IMG/VR virus record: IMGVR_UViG_3300047288_000038
Location: 1 to 25,581 of that record
From: a virus
Taxonomy: Duplodnaviria > Caudoviricetes
Length of the DNA stretch: 25,581 bases
Direction: 5' to 3' (one strand)
Positions 25,112-25,581 of this stretch are shown here, in pieces; within the stretch, counting starts at the first letter, position 1; each line of letters begins with the position of its first letter. Position numbers and translations under genes: made by a program. A model generated the notes under the pieces. It had not been told where the DNA came from, did not search any database, and saw nothing but the letters and a program-made list of their open reading frames with translations.

Positions 25112-25476
25112 TATACTTCTACCCGAGTCATGATTGCTGCGCCAAAACAAGCCTTTGTGATGTCAAGGTACTGCTGACCGTAGGAAGTCTGGCCGAGATA
25201 GGTGTCACCACCTTTCACGCCGCCATAACTACGTTGCAGATCCCCTTCTTTCTCGCTTGTAACGGCCCCCAGGGCCGCGGCGCCACCTTGGCCCGAGCGT
25301 GTGCTAAGAGACAGCATGTGCGCCGCGTACAGCGCCCGCGCCATTGCCGCACGCTCTGCGTCCAAGCAACCAGCATTCACAAGGTTTCCCGCCATCGTGA
25401 GCCATTGATTCACCGTTGCGTCATTGGCGCTGGCAAACTCTGGCGCCAAAAGGCGGAAATACTCGAGCTCGGTCAT
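25111..25476 (-). CDS. Head-tail adaptor (DUF4054-like)
   Basis: FRLLAPEF, LYAAHML, VTSEKEGDLQRSY and TSYGQQY pattern. Confidence 0.8.
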   Translation of the reverse strand: MTELEYFRLLAPEFASANDATVNQWLTMAGNLVNAGCLDAERAAMARALYAAHMLSLSTRSGQGGAAALGAVTSEKEGDLQRSYGGVKGGDTYLGQTSYGQQYLDITKACFGAAIMTRVEV

Positions 25477-25581
25477 TACTCAGCAGCCGGAGCAGTTGCA
25501 GCAGCTTCCGCCGGAGCAGCAGCAGCAGGGGCAGCGGGTGCGCCAGGCTTCTGTGCAGCAGGTTTCGCAGCCGGTGCGGGT
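25476..25581 (-). CDS. 3' end of an upstream gene with Ala/Pro-rich low-complexity tail
   Basis: Reads PAPAAKPAAQKPGAPAAPAAAAPAEAAATAPAAE then TAA (25478-25476), which overlaps the next ATG. Confidence 0.65.
   Translation of the reverse strand, partial: PAPAAKPAAQKPGAPAAPAAAAPAEAAATAPAAE

Noticed and set aside
25479-25581. GCA/GCT-rich repeats at the right edge
   Set aside because: This is low-complexity Ala/Pro coding sequence, not a DNA repeat element.

Overview
This is a 25.6-kb segment of a tailed dsDNA phage with a contractile tail. The host is probably a Gram-negative proteobacterium (inference). The two gene blocks converge. The + strand (1-8424) carries a 7-deazaguanine DNA-modification pathway: queE, gat-queC, queD, an unusual phosphoribosyltransferase-folE fusion and a dpdA-like transglycosylase. 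These are followed by a sliding-clamp-like gene, a family B DNA polymerase and two small genes. The - strand (25581-8489) carries neck, sheath, tube, tail chaperone (with a -1 frameshift), tape measure, baseplate and lysis genes. Between the baseplate and lysis genes lies a complete BPP-1-type diversity-generating retroelement (DGR). It comprises an Mtd-like tail-fibre target with a C-terminal variable repeat (VR, 11800-11908), avd, a template repeat (TR, 11278-11386), a structured spacer and a 328-aa reverse transcriptase. TR and VR differ at 20 of 109 positions, and 19 of these are TR adenines. The most notable points are the DGR on a chimeric myophage fibre, its co-occurrence with a predicted archaeosine-type (dG+) DNA modification, the PRTase-FolE fusion, and the translationally coupled dpdA-clamp-polymerase trio. 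Family assignments come from motif recognition and my recollection of known proteins; no searches were run.
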